DNA of 64,000 bases from a virus (lineage: Duplodnaviria > Heunggongvirae > Uroviricota > Caudoviricetes), in IMG/VR virus record IMGVR_UViG_3300028832_000119, positions 8,924 through 72,923 of that record; one strand, 5' to 3'. Every line of letters starts with the position of its first letter. Within the stretch, counting starts at the first letter, position 1. The notes under the pieces are model-generated. The model was not told the origin of the DNA, ran no database searches, and worked only from the letters and a program-made list of their open reading frames with translations. Shown here one piece after another: positions 22,095-30,971 of this stretch. Position numbers and translations under genes: made by a program.

Positions 22095-22775
22095 CTCTGA
22101 ATTACCCTAAAAAGGACAGGGCATCCTAAGAGCACCCTAAGCTCTCACACACAACCGGTTAGTGGAGTGAGTCTGTGGTGAAATCCAGATATAAGTATGC
22201 GTGCACAATAAAACTGGAGACTAATCTTTTGGTAAACAACTATTCACTTAGCTCTAAACTTTGTAAGAATGGTAGAAGCTTGTTTCAACAAATACTTTTT
22301 AGCTTCATTTTTGAAGTGTTTGCCAAAGAAAAATATGATTGTAATATATCAGGCTCAATCTTAGTCGATAAAGTTCGAAAGATAAGACTGCTTGTCCAAA
22401 GTAACACTTCATTTTACTCAGATAGCTCAGATAATATAAGAGCGTTTCTGCTAACAAGCACATCATATGACTTGCACAATGTTCGGACAAACCATGAGGT
22501 ATAACCCCGATTAGCATATAGAAAAGGTCGTTGGTGTAAATCCAACTCTGAGTACTAAAATAATTAATGAGGGCGGATGATGAAGTAAACTTTTACAGTA
22601 AAGTTAGGCTATATTAGGATATAAGTCATGCGTTAATCTGTATAATACGCATGGAAGGGAATCTTTCATAAGTACATTGAAGAGATTCGTGTAATTAATT
22701 ATTTTAAAAATAAACTCTACAATCGGCCGTGATAATAGAAGAAGAGAAATCGATAGCTATTTATAATGTAGAGTT

Positions 22776-22855
22776 TCGGAGATAGTTCTAATTGGTAAAA
22801 CAGCGCTCAACACATAGTGCCAATCTAGGTTCGAGTCCTAGTCTCCTTCAAATAA
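22776..22855 (+). ncRNA. tRNA-like element with degenerate acceptor stem (pseudo-tRNA or Y-RNA-like?)
   Basis: GGAGA...CTAGG-TTCGAGT-CCTAG-TCTCC has a T-arm and a short 5-bp acceptor, but the D-arm and anticodon arm are non-canonical. Confidence 0.25.
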
Positions 22856-23195
22856 AATTCCTATAGCTAGCTTTAAAGAATATGGTAGAATTCTTTATTA
22901 TCTAATTATAGGTATTCTAGGTCGCTCCTAGAATTAAGCGGGTTGGTGTATAGACGGAGGAATCCGATAGTCTACCACTATTAACATATTTCCTAAGGAA
23001 AAGTAGGAGGTTTGAGTCCTTCGCCCGTTATAAATAAAAATAATTATCATGACAAGATATCTTATTCCTCTATAGCCAAGAGAGTCATTTAAGATCTGGG
23101 GTGAACAAATCGATTTTCATCATTGTTATACTAGTTACATGTGATGAATGGAATAATTGAGAGTGGCTTCTCACACGATAATTGTTTTTAAATAT

Positions 23196-23325
23196 GAAGA
23201 AGAAACCACTCATGGTGGAGCACGATACATTAGTATCAAAGATCCTGTCTACTTGGGTAGCTCCCAAGTCCTGTCTCGCTAACAGTATAAGACAGAAAGG
23301 TGGTTCGATTCCGCGCTTCTTCACT
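23196..23325 (+). ncRNA. tRNA-like RNA with ~60-nt internal insertion (GAAGAAG...CTTCTTC closing stem, T-arm GGTGG-TTCGATT-CCGCG)
   Basis: 7-bp complementary ends 130 nt apart enclosing a T-arm-like hairpin and two internal hairpins (CTTGGG/CCCAAG, CTGTCT/AGACAG). Confidence 0.25.
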
Positions 23326-23589
23326 ACCTTCCATACTAGGTAAAGTATGGTGACGTATGGCTTGGTGACCCATACAATATCCGAACCAAATTTTAATAAA
23401 AGAACTACACTTTAATATTGGACCGGTATGTCCGGATAAGCATGTTTGATTGCATTGTAGTTATATAGAAGTTCTCTATGATTGAATGCCTAAAACCTAA
23501 TACGAACACTGAGAATGAAACTATATAGAAGACCTCTTCACTGAGATACTCCAATATTTATTTTTAATAATTTTAAAACAAACAGCAAT

Positions 23590-24024
23590 ATGAAATGTCC
23601 AACTTGTGGTAAAGAATTAGGAACGAATAGTCTGTATAGTTCAGATGAACGTTCTATGAAAGAAAAAGGAGAATGTTTTGAATGTTCTATTTGGCGTGAT
23701 AGATTACTTCTTGTAGGTAAACCTAATATTGCTATCATCGATGGTACATTCTATACTATTGATGATGAAGATAGTCCATCTCCTTTCCGTGGATTTGGTG
23801 GTGATAAATTTGTTATCCGTTTTAAGAATGGTAGACAAATTACTACTACAAATCTCTGGTGTGGTGGTAATATCTCTAATGCTTGGAAATCTAAGTTTCC
23901 TAATAATGCCGACTTTGATTGGCAATGGAAGAAAATAGGTAATTGTAATTATCTTATTCCAAAGAAAATTGAAGAAATTCCTGATGAATTAATAGCTCAA
24001 GCTGAAACTAACGCTGGAATGTAA
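23590..24024 (+). CDS. zinc-ribbon hypothetical protein (144 aa)
   Basis: ORF with CPTCG...CFEC motif and AAACAAACAGCAATATG start context. Confidence 0.5.
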   Translation: MKCPTCGKELGTNSLYSSDERSMKEKGECFECSIWRDRLLLVGKPNIAIIDGTFYTIDDEDSPSPFRGFGGDKFVIRFKNGRQITTTNLWCGGNISNAWKSKFPNNADFDWQWKKIGNCNYLIPKKIEEIPDELIAQAETNAGM

Positions 24025-24147
24025 TGAAAAAGATAGATTTAAGCCACGATGCACAAATTGCTGTATCGTGGTTCTTTTGTGGATTTTCATTTATGCTCCT
24101 ACTTTTTGTATTAGGAGTTATGTCTAACCATATAAAAGTAATCTAAA

Positions 24148-24339
24148 ATGACTAAGCAAGAACAAAAATTTGCATGTGAGTTAATCTCACTAGTAGGTGA
24201 TGCTGTAGCAACTGGAACTATTCCAGAAGCTGAAGACTATTTAGTAGGAAGGTATGCAGGAGTGGATGATCCAGTTCTTGAACATACTTATAACGTATTA
24301 TCAAACATTAACAGAAAGCTGGTAGGAGCAGCAAGATGA
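24148..24339 (+). CDS. small hypothetical protein (63 aa)
   Basis: ORF. Confidence 0.4.
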   Translation: MTKQEQKFACELISLVGDAVATGTIPEAEDYLVGRYAGVDDPVLEHTYNVLSNINRKLVGAAR

Positions 24340-24449
24340 AAACAAACTGAACGATATGAATGACGTTGTTATTCTGGAATGGTCAATCATTCCATCTGGT
24401 AAATAATCCAGGCTTGCAAGTGGTGCTCTAGCAGAGAGGAGTGACCTAA

Positions 24450-24701
24450 ATGGAATTCTCTGAAAAACACATTGGATGGGAGTATAAGGATCGCTACCTT
24501 AGAAATCTATGTGGAACAGGTTTTGGACCAAGGAGGGTTTACTGTTCATTTTTAACAAATTTTTACACTTTTTCACAACTTTTTAATATGGAAGAAGAAA
24601 TTAAATCATATATTAGTCGTAGTATTTCTGATATAGCAAGAAAATGCCATGTCTATAATGATGAAGTAGTAAAAATTATAAAACAAATGTTAGCAATATG
24701 A
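24450..24701 (+). CDS. hypothetical protein (83 aa)
   Basis: ORF. Confidence 0.4.
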   Translation: MEFSEKHIGWEYKDRYLRNLCGTGFGPRRVYCSFLTNFYTFSQLFNMEEEIKSYISRSISDIARKCHVYNDEVVKIIKQMLAI

Positions 24702-24955
24702 GTGGAACACGTAGTCGAATTAAAAAGGCTATTAAGATAGCTGAATCAACAGATTACTTTGGCTATCGAATCTCTAGAATAGAAGAACTTAGAAAAAATC
24801 ATGAGGAGAACAAAGAATTTTTACAAGAAGTTCTTAATCGTCCTGTAAAAGTTAAAGTTACTTCTAATTGTATAGTGTCAATTTTGGGAACATTACTTAA
24901 AGTTCCTACAGAAATGGCTGAAAAAGCTAAATATGTGATACTTAGATATGTATAG
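24698..24955 (+). CDS. hypothetical protein (85 aa)
   Basis: ORF overlapping the previous stop (ATGA). Confidence 0.45.
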   Translation: MSGTRSRIKKAIKIAESTDYFGYRISRIEELRKNHEENKEFLQEVLNRPVKVKVTSNCIVSILGTLLKVPTEMAEKAKYVILRYV

Positions 24956-25085
24956 AATTTTAACAAAGAACAAAATCGTAAAATTCAACAGTCTCACAAA
25001 GGCTTTAGAATTTCGTCATCAATGTGGAGGAACCCTTTATCAATGGGTTTGCTCTAGTAATTAACAAACAAAACATTTAAACAAA

Positions 25086-25514
25086 ATGGCAAAAATTAAT
25101 TTCACAAAGGAACATGAAGCTAAGCTAGATGCTTTGGCAGTAAAGATGCTTAAAGAGAATGGTATTGTTCGTACATCAATGGGACAACCCCTTAATATAG
25201 TTGAATTGATGCATACCACATCAATCACTACCCTTAATACTATAAAGGCGAATCTGGCTAAACAGATTCAGAAGAAAGAAGAAGGTGACGAATGGGTTGA
25301 GACTGATTCTTCTGCTCTCGATAAGATGAAGGAAATCAAGGATTTGGTTAACCTGATTATCGGTTGGAAGCGTTACAACATGGAAGTTGCCGAGAATAAG
25401 GCTAAGAAAGCTGAGCTGACTAAGAAACTTGCTGAGCTTAAGGAATCTACTAAGACTCCTCAAGATCGTATCAAGGAGATGGAGGATGCTCTGGCTGAAC
25501 TTGAAGAGTTTTAA
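25086..25514 (+). CDS. coiled-coil hypothetical protein (142 aa, host-like codon usage)
   Basis: ORF with GC-richer codons. Confidence 0.5.
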   Translation: MAKINFTKEHEAKLDALAVKMLKENGIVRTSMGQPLNIVELMHTTSITTLNTIKANLAKQIQKKEEGDEWVETDSSALDKMKEIKDLVNLIIGWKRYNMEVAENKAKKAELTKKLAELKESTKTPQDRIKEMEDALAELEEF

Positions 25515-25914
25515 ATTATAAAGACTGAAGCCGATACCGGGGATGCAGCTGAGGTGAGCATTATGAAGTAGGTATATAACCGACCGAAGCCAGTCTTTTA
25601 ATTAATAAAGAAAGAAGATTCGTAGAAGGGAATCCAGGAGTGTGGTTCGATGCGTGGTTACTAGTGAAGGCACTCTAATCCTAAAGATAAATCCACGTGA
25701 ATCCCTTCCTTTCTTTTAAAAAAAATTTATCTAACGCCTTATAGGCTAAGTCTATAAGTTTTATAATTATCCGAGGCTAAACAAATCGCCAGTATTAAAG
25801 AAACAAAGAAGGTAGTAGATAAGTTAAATGGTGTGGTGGAGGTACTAATAATTCGATCGTAAAAAGTACCGGGTAGGATAATTATCTTTTTACTTACAAA
25901 CAAAATAAATTAAA

Positions 25915-27747
25915 ATGATACAAGTAGAATTTAATAAGAAGAATGAAAACCAGTTTTATGGTTTGAGAAACTGTCTGAAGTTGCTTCAAGCCTCAACTGA
26001 TGGTTCAATTAGTATGTATCTAGTAGATGATGCATGGAATGAAGTTAAGAACTCTAAGGAAAATAGAGAACTTTTCTATTCATTGCTGTTCTCTATTGGC
26101 GACATTACTAATAGACAACACAATATTTTCAAGGGTAAGAAGAAAGATAGTGGTGGTGCTGCTAATCGTGAATTCTTCTATGAAATTGTTCATTGGCTTT
26201 GGAAGAACAACAAGGAGCAGTTCATTAAGTTCCTGAATGCCCAACTCTTTAATGAGTATGCTTGTTTCGATGTTCTGTTAAAGAACAGAGTACAAACTAA
26301 GGGTAATAAAGTACTTCATGTGTTTAAGGCATTTGAAGACAAAGAGTATCGTAAGGCTCTGTTAGATTATGTATATGCTGTTGTAAATGGAACTAATCCA
26401 TTCAATAAGCTTCTGATTGCTAAGTTCCTGACTATTCCTCGTACTTCTAAGCGTAAGGGACACAAGAAGATGTTGCCTGAAACTAAGGAGATTATGAAGG
26501 AGAAGTTGAGTTTCTTGACTGATCTTTCTAAGATGATGGGCTGGGAAACAGAATACTTGAAGGGTTATCGTGAGTGGCGTAAGCAGTACAATGGTGACCT
26601 GGAAAGTGTGATGTTTACTACTGGAAAGATTAATGATTTCACTAAGGATGAATTCATTGATTGGTTCGGCAAACTTCCAGCACAAGCTCGTTTCCGTGTA
26701 AAGAATAGAATTCTCTATTCTGAGCAGGAGATAGAACATCCTAATGGAGGTAAGTGCACTGTATATAAGTGGGCTAATTTCCAGCCTTGGATTAAAGAGT
26801 GGGAAACTTATAAGGAACAGAAGCAGCAAGAGCAACGTAATCTTGAGGAAAAGGTTCGTCAAGGTCAAGCTTCTGAGGAAGATAAGGTTAAGCTCCAGAA
26901 GGTTAAGAAGGAGGCCAAGGTAACAGTTGGTGCTACTAACTTTAAGGAGATTTATGATCAGATTGGTACTGGACGACTGGATAAGTTGAAGGTAGAATCT
27001 TTCATGAATAAGGTTAACCTGCCTTATAACTCTTTGGTAATTATTGATAGCTCTGGTTCTATGTCTGGCAAGCCATTCCTATATGCAGCATTTATTGCAG
27101 CAGTATGTTTGTGCAAGAATCCAGATGATGACGGTCGTAACCTGATTGGTATGTTTGATACAAACTCTAAGTGGTTTGCACATATTGATTCACAGGCTTA
27201 TGCTAAGAATTCCATCTTGAGAACTAAGGTTGCTAAGACTAAGGCTCAGCCATTGGTTGATCCTACTAAGAGTTTCTTGGATAACTATGCAGCTATTGCT
27301 AATTTCCTGAGAGATAAGTTCCATGGAGGTTCAACACGTATTGACTCTATTGCTGAAGGTCTGAAGGTAGCTTGTGATGAAGCTCCAGAGATTCTGGATG
27401 CTCTTCGTAACTATCCTGTATGGACTATCATCAGTGATGGTGAGTTCAATAGTATGTACTCTCCAGAAGCTTCAATGGCTGACTTCTTCCGTAAGTGTGA
27501 GAAGTACTTTGGATTCCGTCCTTATGTAGTTCTTATGGACATTTGTGTTGGTTGGAGAAGTCCAGAATCTCTCAAGGCTGACAGATTTAGTGGAATTGAC
27601 AACATGTTGTACATTCCTTCTAATCCTGCTATGATTGAGATGTTCTTGACTAACTTCAAGGATATGGAGACATTTGATGTATATACTCCTCTGTTGAGTA
27701 TGTATCGTTCAAATCGTTATCAACTCGTGCGTGAGAATACTCTTTGA
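25915..27747 (+). CDS. von Willebrand factor A (MIDAS) domain protein, 610 aa; possible TROVE/Ro60-like architecture (unverified)
   Basis: Complete MIDAS: VIIDSSGSMSG (DxSxS) ... T ... TIISDGE. The ~370-aa N-terminal helical region before the vWA domain matches Ro60/Rsr domain order. Host-like codon usage. Confidence 0.55.
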   Translation: MIQVEFNKKNENQFYGLRNCLKLLQASTDGSISMYLVDDAWNEVKNSKENRELFYSLLFSIGDITNRQHNIFKGKKKDSGGAANREFFYEIVHWLWKNNKEQFIKFLNAQLFNEYACFDVLLKNRVQTKGNKVLHVFKAFEDKEYRKALLDYVYAVVNGTNPFNKLLIAKFLTIPRTSKRKGHKKMLPETKEIMKEKLSFLTDLSKMMGWETEYLKGYREWRKQYNGDLESVMFTTGKINDFTKDEFIDWFGKLPAQARFRVKNRILYSEQEIEHPNGGKCTVYKWANFQPWIKEWETYKEQKQQEQRNLEEKVRQGQASEEDKVKLQKVKKEAKVTVGATNFKEIYDQIGTGRLDKLKVESFMNKVNLPYNSLVIIDSSGSMSGKPFLYAAFIAAVCLCKNPDDDGRNLIGMFDTNSKWFAHIDSQAYAKNSILRTKVAKTKAQPLVDPTKSFLDNYAAIANFLRDKFHGGSTRIDSIAEGLKVACDEAPEILDALRNYPVWTIISDGEFNSMYSPEASMADFFRKCEKYFGFRPYVVLMDICVGWRSPESLKADRFSGIDNMLYIPSNPAMIEMFLTNFKDMETFDVYTPLLSMYRSNRYQLVRENTL

Positions 27748-27839
27748 TTGAGTAATTATGCATATTCTTAAGTTTACTAGAAGAGGGATTTAATTCTCTC
27801 TTCTAGTTTTAAATTAGATAATTAAATAAATTTAATAAT

Positions 27840-28217
27840 ATGAGTGAATTATATTGGATTACTAGATGTGATCCTATTGGAACTGCTGCATTGGTATTTC
27901 TTATTATAAGTTCCGTTCTTCTTGGATTATTAATAATAGGATATGCTGCTTGTTCATCTGATAAAGATGAATCTGGAATTAGCTTGGCTAAAAAATTATT
28001 AAAAATAGTTGTTCCAGTATTTACAGTTAGTTTATTAGTAGAGGTATTTATTCCTACTACTAAAGAAGCTCTAGTAATATATGGAGTAGGTGGAACAGTA
28101 GATTATCTTAAATCTAATCCAACTGCAAAGAAACTTCCAGATAAGTGTATCAATGCTTTGGATAAATGGGTAGACAGTTTCACCTCCGAGAAAAATGATT
28201 CAACTAAAAAGAAATGA
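27840..28217 (+). CDS. small membrane protein (125 aa)
   Basis: Two hydrophobic helices (AALVFLIISSVLLGLLIIGYAA; IVVPVFTVSLLVEVFI). Confidence 0.5.
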   Translation: MSELYWITRCDPIGTAALVFLIISSVLLGLLIIGYAACSSDKDESGISLAKKLLKIVVPVFTVSLLVEVFIPTTKEALVIYGVGGTVDYLKSNPTAKKLPDKCINALDKWVDSFTSEKNDSTKKK

Positions 28218-28252
28218 TGTTGTCATAGTTAGGATACTTACAAAATGGTAAA

Positions 28253-28329
28253 TATATATTAGTTCATTAGGTTAGAACGTTAGCTTGTCATGCTGAAAGT
28301 AGGAGGTTCAATCCCTTCATATATAACCA
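28253..28329 (+). tRNA. tRNA-Asp (GTC), CCA encoded; acceptor stem all A/T
   Basis: TATATAT-TA-GTTC-ATTAGGTTA-GAAC-G-TTAGC-TTGTCAT-GCTGA-AAGTA-GGAGG-TTCAATC-CCTTC-ATATATA-A-CCA. The TTACTTACAA motif ends ~10 nt upstream. Confidence 0.55.
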
Positions 28330-28393
28330 TAGTATCCTTTATTTTGACTGCTGTTTGTTTTTAATATAAATTTTAGGTACTTACAATCACATA

Positions 28394-28466
28394 ATTACAT
28401 TAGCTCATTAGGTAGAGCATCCGATTTTTAATCAGAGTGTAGCTGGTTCGATTCCAGTATGTAGAG
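28394..28466 (+). tRNA. tRNA-Lys (TTT)
   Basis: D-arm GCTC-ATTAGGTA-GAGC, anticodon loop TTTTTAA, T-arm GCTGG-TTCGATT-CCAGT. The TACTTACAA motif ends 7 nt upstream. Confidence 0.5.
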
Positions 28467-28602
28467 AAATTAGTACCTATTTTTAAATAGTACATAGTTA
28501 TTTTCATTTTTATAATGAATTTGTCGTTTCAATAGAAACAGTGGGTTTAGGCAGTAAAGTTAGGATAGGAATAAGAGCACCCCTAACCTATGTACTATAA
28601 TT

Positions 28603-28745
28603 TGGGGAGTTTGGGCATTGGTTAGGCCCGTTGTGATATGTGTAACTTAGGACAATCTTATGATTTAGAGTTACATACAAGCTCACTTATTAACACAATT
28701 TCTGGGACACAATCCAGAAGTGGAAGTTCGAACCTTTCACTCCCC
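28603..28745 (+). tRNA. tRNA with ~70-nt insertion (putative intron) in the anticodon region; isotype undetermined
   Basis: GGGGAGT/ACTCCCC acceptor, GGGC-ATTGGTTAG-GCCC D-arm, GGAAG-TTCGAAC-CTTTC T-arm. TTGTG...CACAA stems flank a 72-nt insert holding a GTAACT...AGTTAC hairpin plus ATACAA (motif variant). Confidence 0.4.
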
Positions 28746-28995
28746 GCTAATCCAAACTATAACAAGAAGTATAGACGGAACTGTGATACTGATAGGAACA
28801 AACGTAGGTGTGACTAATCGAGTATCTGAAGGTTAGGATAATAGCAGTACTAATCCTACGGAATGAATTGTTATTCTGTACAGAGTTTGGATTAAATTAT
28901 TAGACTAGACAAAAGGCAAATAGAATGGCCATTCTAAATATAATTGTGAAAAATATTCTAAACGTAAGTGCCTAGGATATTTCTAGTCTAAATCT

Positions 28996-29109
28996 GGCGG
29001 AGTAGTTAAACGGAAAATGAGTATCTGTTTAGTTACTTACAATATCGTATTTATTAACGCAAATTTGTCACATTTGAAAATAGGGGTTCGACTCCCCTCT
29101 CCGCCGCCA
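28996..29109 (+). tRNA. tRNA-Asp-like (GTC) with ~40-nt insertion in the D-loop; CCA encoded
   Basis: GGCGGAG...CTCCGCC-G-CCA acceptor, D-stem GTTA/TAAC enclosing AACGG + insertion (contains TTACTTACAA), canonical CAAAT-TTGTCAC-ATTTG anticodon arm, AGGGG-TTCGACT-CCCCT T-arm. Confidence 0.45.
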
Positions 29110-29172
29110 AGGTACAGAGAACTTGGGTACTGAGTCAAGGGTGCTGAGACTTTAAATAATGCACCATATCAA

Positions 29173-29297
29173 GGGGGAGTAGCTAAGTTAGAGAATTTTC
29201 TAGTAACTTAAGTTACTTACAATCTAATAATAAAAAATTACAGGTAAAGCATTTGTGTGAAAACAAAAGTACGTTGGTTCGATTCCAACCTCCCCCA
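29173..29297 (+). tRNA. tRNA with ~45-nt D-loop insertion (palindrome AGTAACTTAAGTTACT + TACAA); anticodon arm atypical (possible GAA in a 6-nt loop)
   Basis: GGGGGAG/CTCCCCC acceptor, GCTA D-stem, GTTGG-TTCGATT-CCAAC T-arm. TTTGT-GTGAAA-ACAAA stem-loop. Confidence 0.35.
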
Positions 29298-29457
29298 CAC
29301 TTGTCCACGGGTCCGTCTAGTAATAGACAATGGGACATTGTAGTATCACACCGCCTCTGATGCTACACGCAACCTAATAGTGTGTGTTCTATTTCAGCCT
29401 ATCTTGAAATATAAATTATTAGGAACAATAGGTGACAACTCGGAAAGACGAGTAACT

Positions 29458-29581
29458 GCCCAGGTAACTTAGTAATAAATTTTTTAGTAGCTAAAGTTAC
29501 TTACAATATCATAATTAAATTTTCGGTAAAAGTATTTGTCTGTTAAACAAAGTATCGCTGGTTCGAGTCCAGCCCTGGGCG
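29458..29581 (+). tRNA. tRNA-Asn (GTT) with ~45-nt D-loop insertion carrying AGTAGCTAAAGTTACTTACAA
   Basis: GCCCAGG/CCTGGGC acceptor, D-stem ACTT/AAGT around the insertion, TTTGT-CTGTTAA-ACAAA anticodon arm, GCTGG-TTCGAGT-CCAGC T-arm. Confidence 0.45.
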
Positions 29582-29694
29582 CTTTTTGATTGTTTGATTA
29601 TTTATTGTTGTGAAACAAAGAATGATTGTTTTAGGTTAGTCAAATTTTAAGGTTAGTAATTTAGTCCAGAAAGCGTTCTGGACATTTTTAAAAT

Positions 29695-29819
29695 GGGGAA
29701 GTAGTGAAATGGTAATTTCTAGTAGCTACTTTGTTACTTACAATATCATAATATAAATTCAAGGTAAACACGCAAATTTTAGGTATTTGAAACTCCGGGT
29801 TCGAGTCCCGGCTTCCCCA
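29695..29819 (+). tRNA. tRNA with D-loop insertion; anticodon loop TTTAGGT (UAG anticodon, Leu-type loop) but a short variable arm
   Basis: GGGGAAG/CTTCCCC acceptor, CAAAT-TTTAGGT-ATTTG anticodon arm, CCGGG-TTCGAGT-CCCGG T-arm. Insertion contains GTTACTTACAA. Confidence 0.4.
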
Positions 29820-30002
29820 CTTCCCAGTTTCCTAAACTTTTACTGTGAAAAGTTTTAGAGAAAATAGAGATTATCTGCTTAAGTGATAACTCCACTTATC
29901 CTACGGGTGAAAGTAAGCGTAGGTAGGTCTTTTAGTATAATATATAGGACGCTATATATTGAATAAAGATAACAGATGTGGAATGGAATCCCACATCTAT
30001 TC

Positions 30003-30079
30003 GAAGGGTTCGTCCAGTGGTAAGACTGCAGTTATGGTTATGTCAGCTGTAGAACAGGGGTTCGATTCCTCTACCCTTC
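30003..30079 (+). tRNA. tRNA-like gene with enlarged (15-nt) anticodon-region loop; isotype undetermined
   Basis: GAAGGGT/ACCCTTC acceptor, GGGG-TTCGATT-CCTCT T-arm, TGCAG...CTGTA stem around TTATGGTTATGTCAG. Confidence 0.3.
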
Positions 30080-30186
30080 TCAATTATCTATGGAACTTGA
30101 CGAAATAGGGGTCGCGCAGGAAGCAGCTTATAAATCATGACCCGCTGCTAAGATCAATAAAGTAGATAATTTGTCCGACGGGACAG

Positions 30187-30251
30187 TGTCAATAGCTTAG
30201 TGGAAAGAGCTCCTGCAAAGGACGACGGTGGTTCGAATCCATCTTGACACA
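30187..30251 (+). tRNA. tRNA-like gene (clear acceptor/D/T arms, irregular anticodon arm)
   Basis: GTGTCAA/TTGACAC acceptor, GCTT-AGTGGAAA-GAGC D-arm, GGTGG-TTCGAAT-CCATC T-arm. Confidence 0.3.
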
Positions 30252-30261
30252 CAATTATAGG

Positions 30262-30300
30262 TTACTTACAAAAACAATTATCGTTGGTTCGATTCCTCTA
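30262..30300 (+). other. TTACTTACAA motif followed by a duplicated tRNA 3' half (copy of 30059-30086)
   Basis: ggttcgattcctctacccttc is repeated verbatim downstream of the motif. No 5' half present. Confidence 0.4.
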
Positions 30301-30439
30301 CCCTTCACTATGAAAAATTTAGATGTAAATACAATGTATCAACATGATACAGAAATAAGTCCTGCTTTAAGATATTGTCAACCAGGATTATTAATTAATT
30401 TAAAAAAGTTTTTAAAATTATTAAACAAAGATTAACAAT

Positions 30440-30955
30440 ATGGAACAAATTATTTATGGAATTACAGCAGTAATCTATGCCGTATTCATTATTCGATTTA
30501 TCCTTAGTTGGGTAGGTGGAGATTTTGATTTTGACATAGATGACATTGATTTGGATTTAAGTGATGTAGTTTCCTTTAAAGGTGCTACTCATTTTCTAAT
30601 GGGATTCTTTAGTTGGTTATCAACTACATTATTAACTACTCATACTATAGAATGGTATGATTATATTTTAGCATTTATATTAGGTGTAATATTCGTAGTG
30701 ATATTATTTTATACCTATAAATTAATGTTAAATTTAGAAAGTAATCCAACTATATTAAAAGAAAGGGATTTAATTGGAACACCTGCAAAAATATATCTAT
30801 CTTCTAAAAAGAAAAGAGATGATGATTACCATTATTTAATTACAGTAGAAAATAGTACTGGAACATTCGAAGTTCCTGCTAAATCTGTTGATCTTTATAG
30901 TATTGGTGATATGGTGCAAATTAAAGACTTCAGTGGATCTTATTACATTATTTAA
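30440..30955 (+). CDS. NfeD-like membrane protein (partner of flotillin)
   Basis: N-terminal TM helices plus a C-terminal beta-rich domain (GTPAKIY...VENSTGTFEVPAKS...GDMVQIKDFSGSYYII), typical of short NfeD/YuaF-type proteins. Directly precedes the flotillin gene. Confidence 0.5.
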   Translation: MEQIIYGITAVIYAVFIIRFILSWVGGDFDFDIDDIDLDLSDVVSFKGATHFLMGFFSWLSTTLLTTHTIEWYDYILAFILGVIFVVILFYTYKLMLNLESNPTILKERDLIGTPAKIYLSSKKKRDDDYHYLITVENSTGTFEVPAKSVDLYSIGDMVQIKDFSGSYYII

Positions 30956-30971
30956 ATAACAAACAAACATT

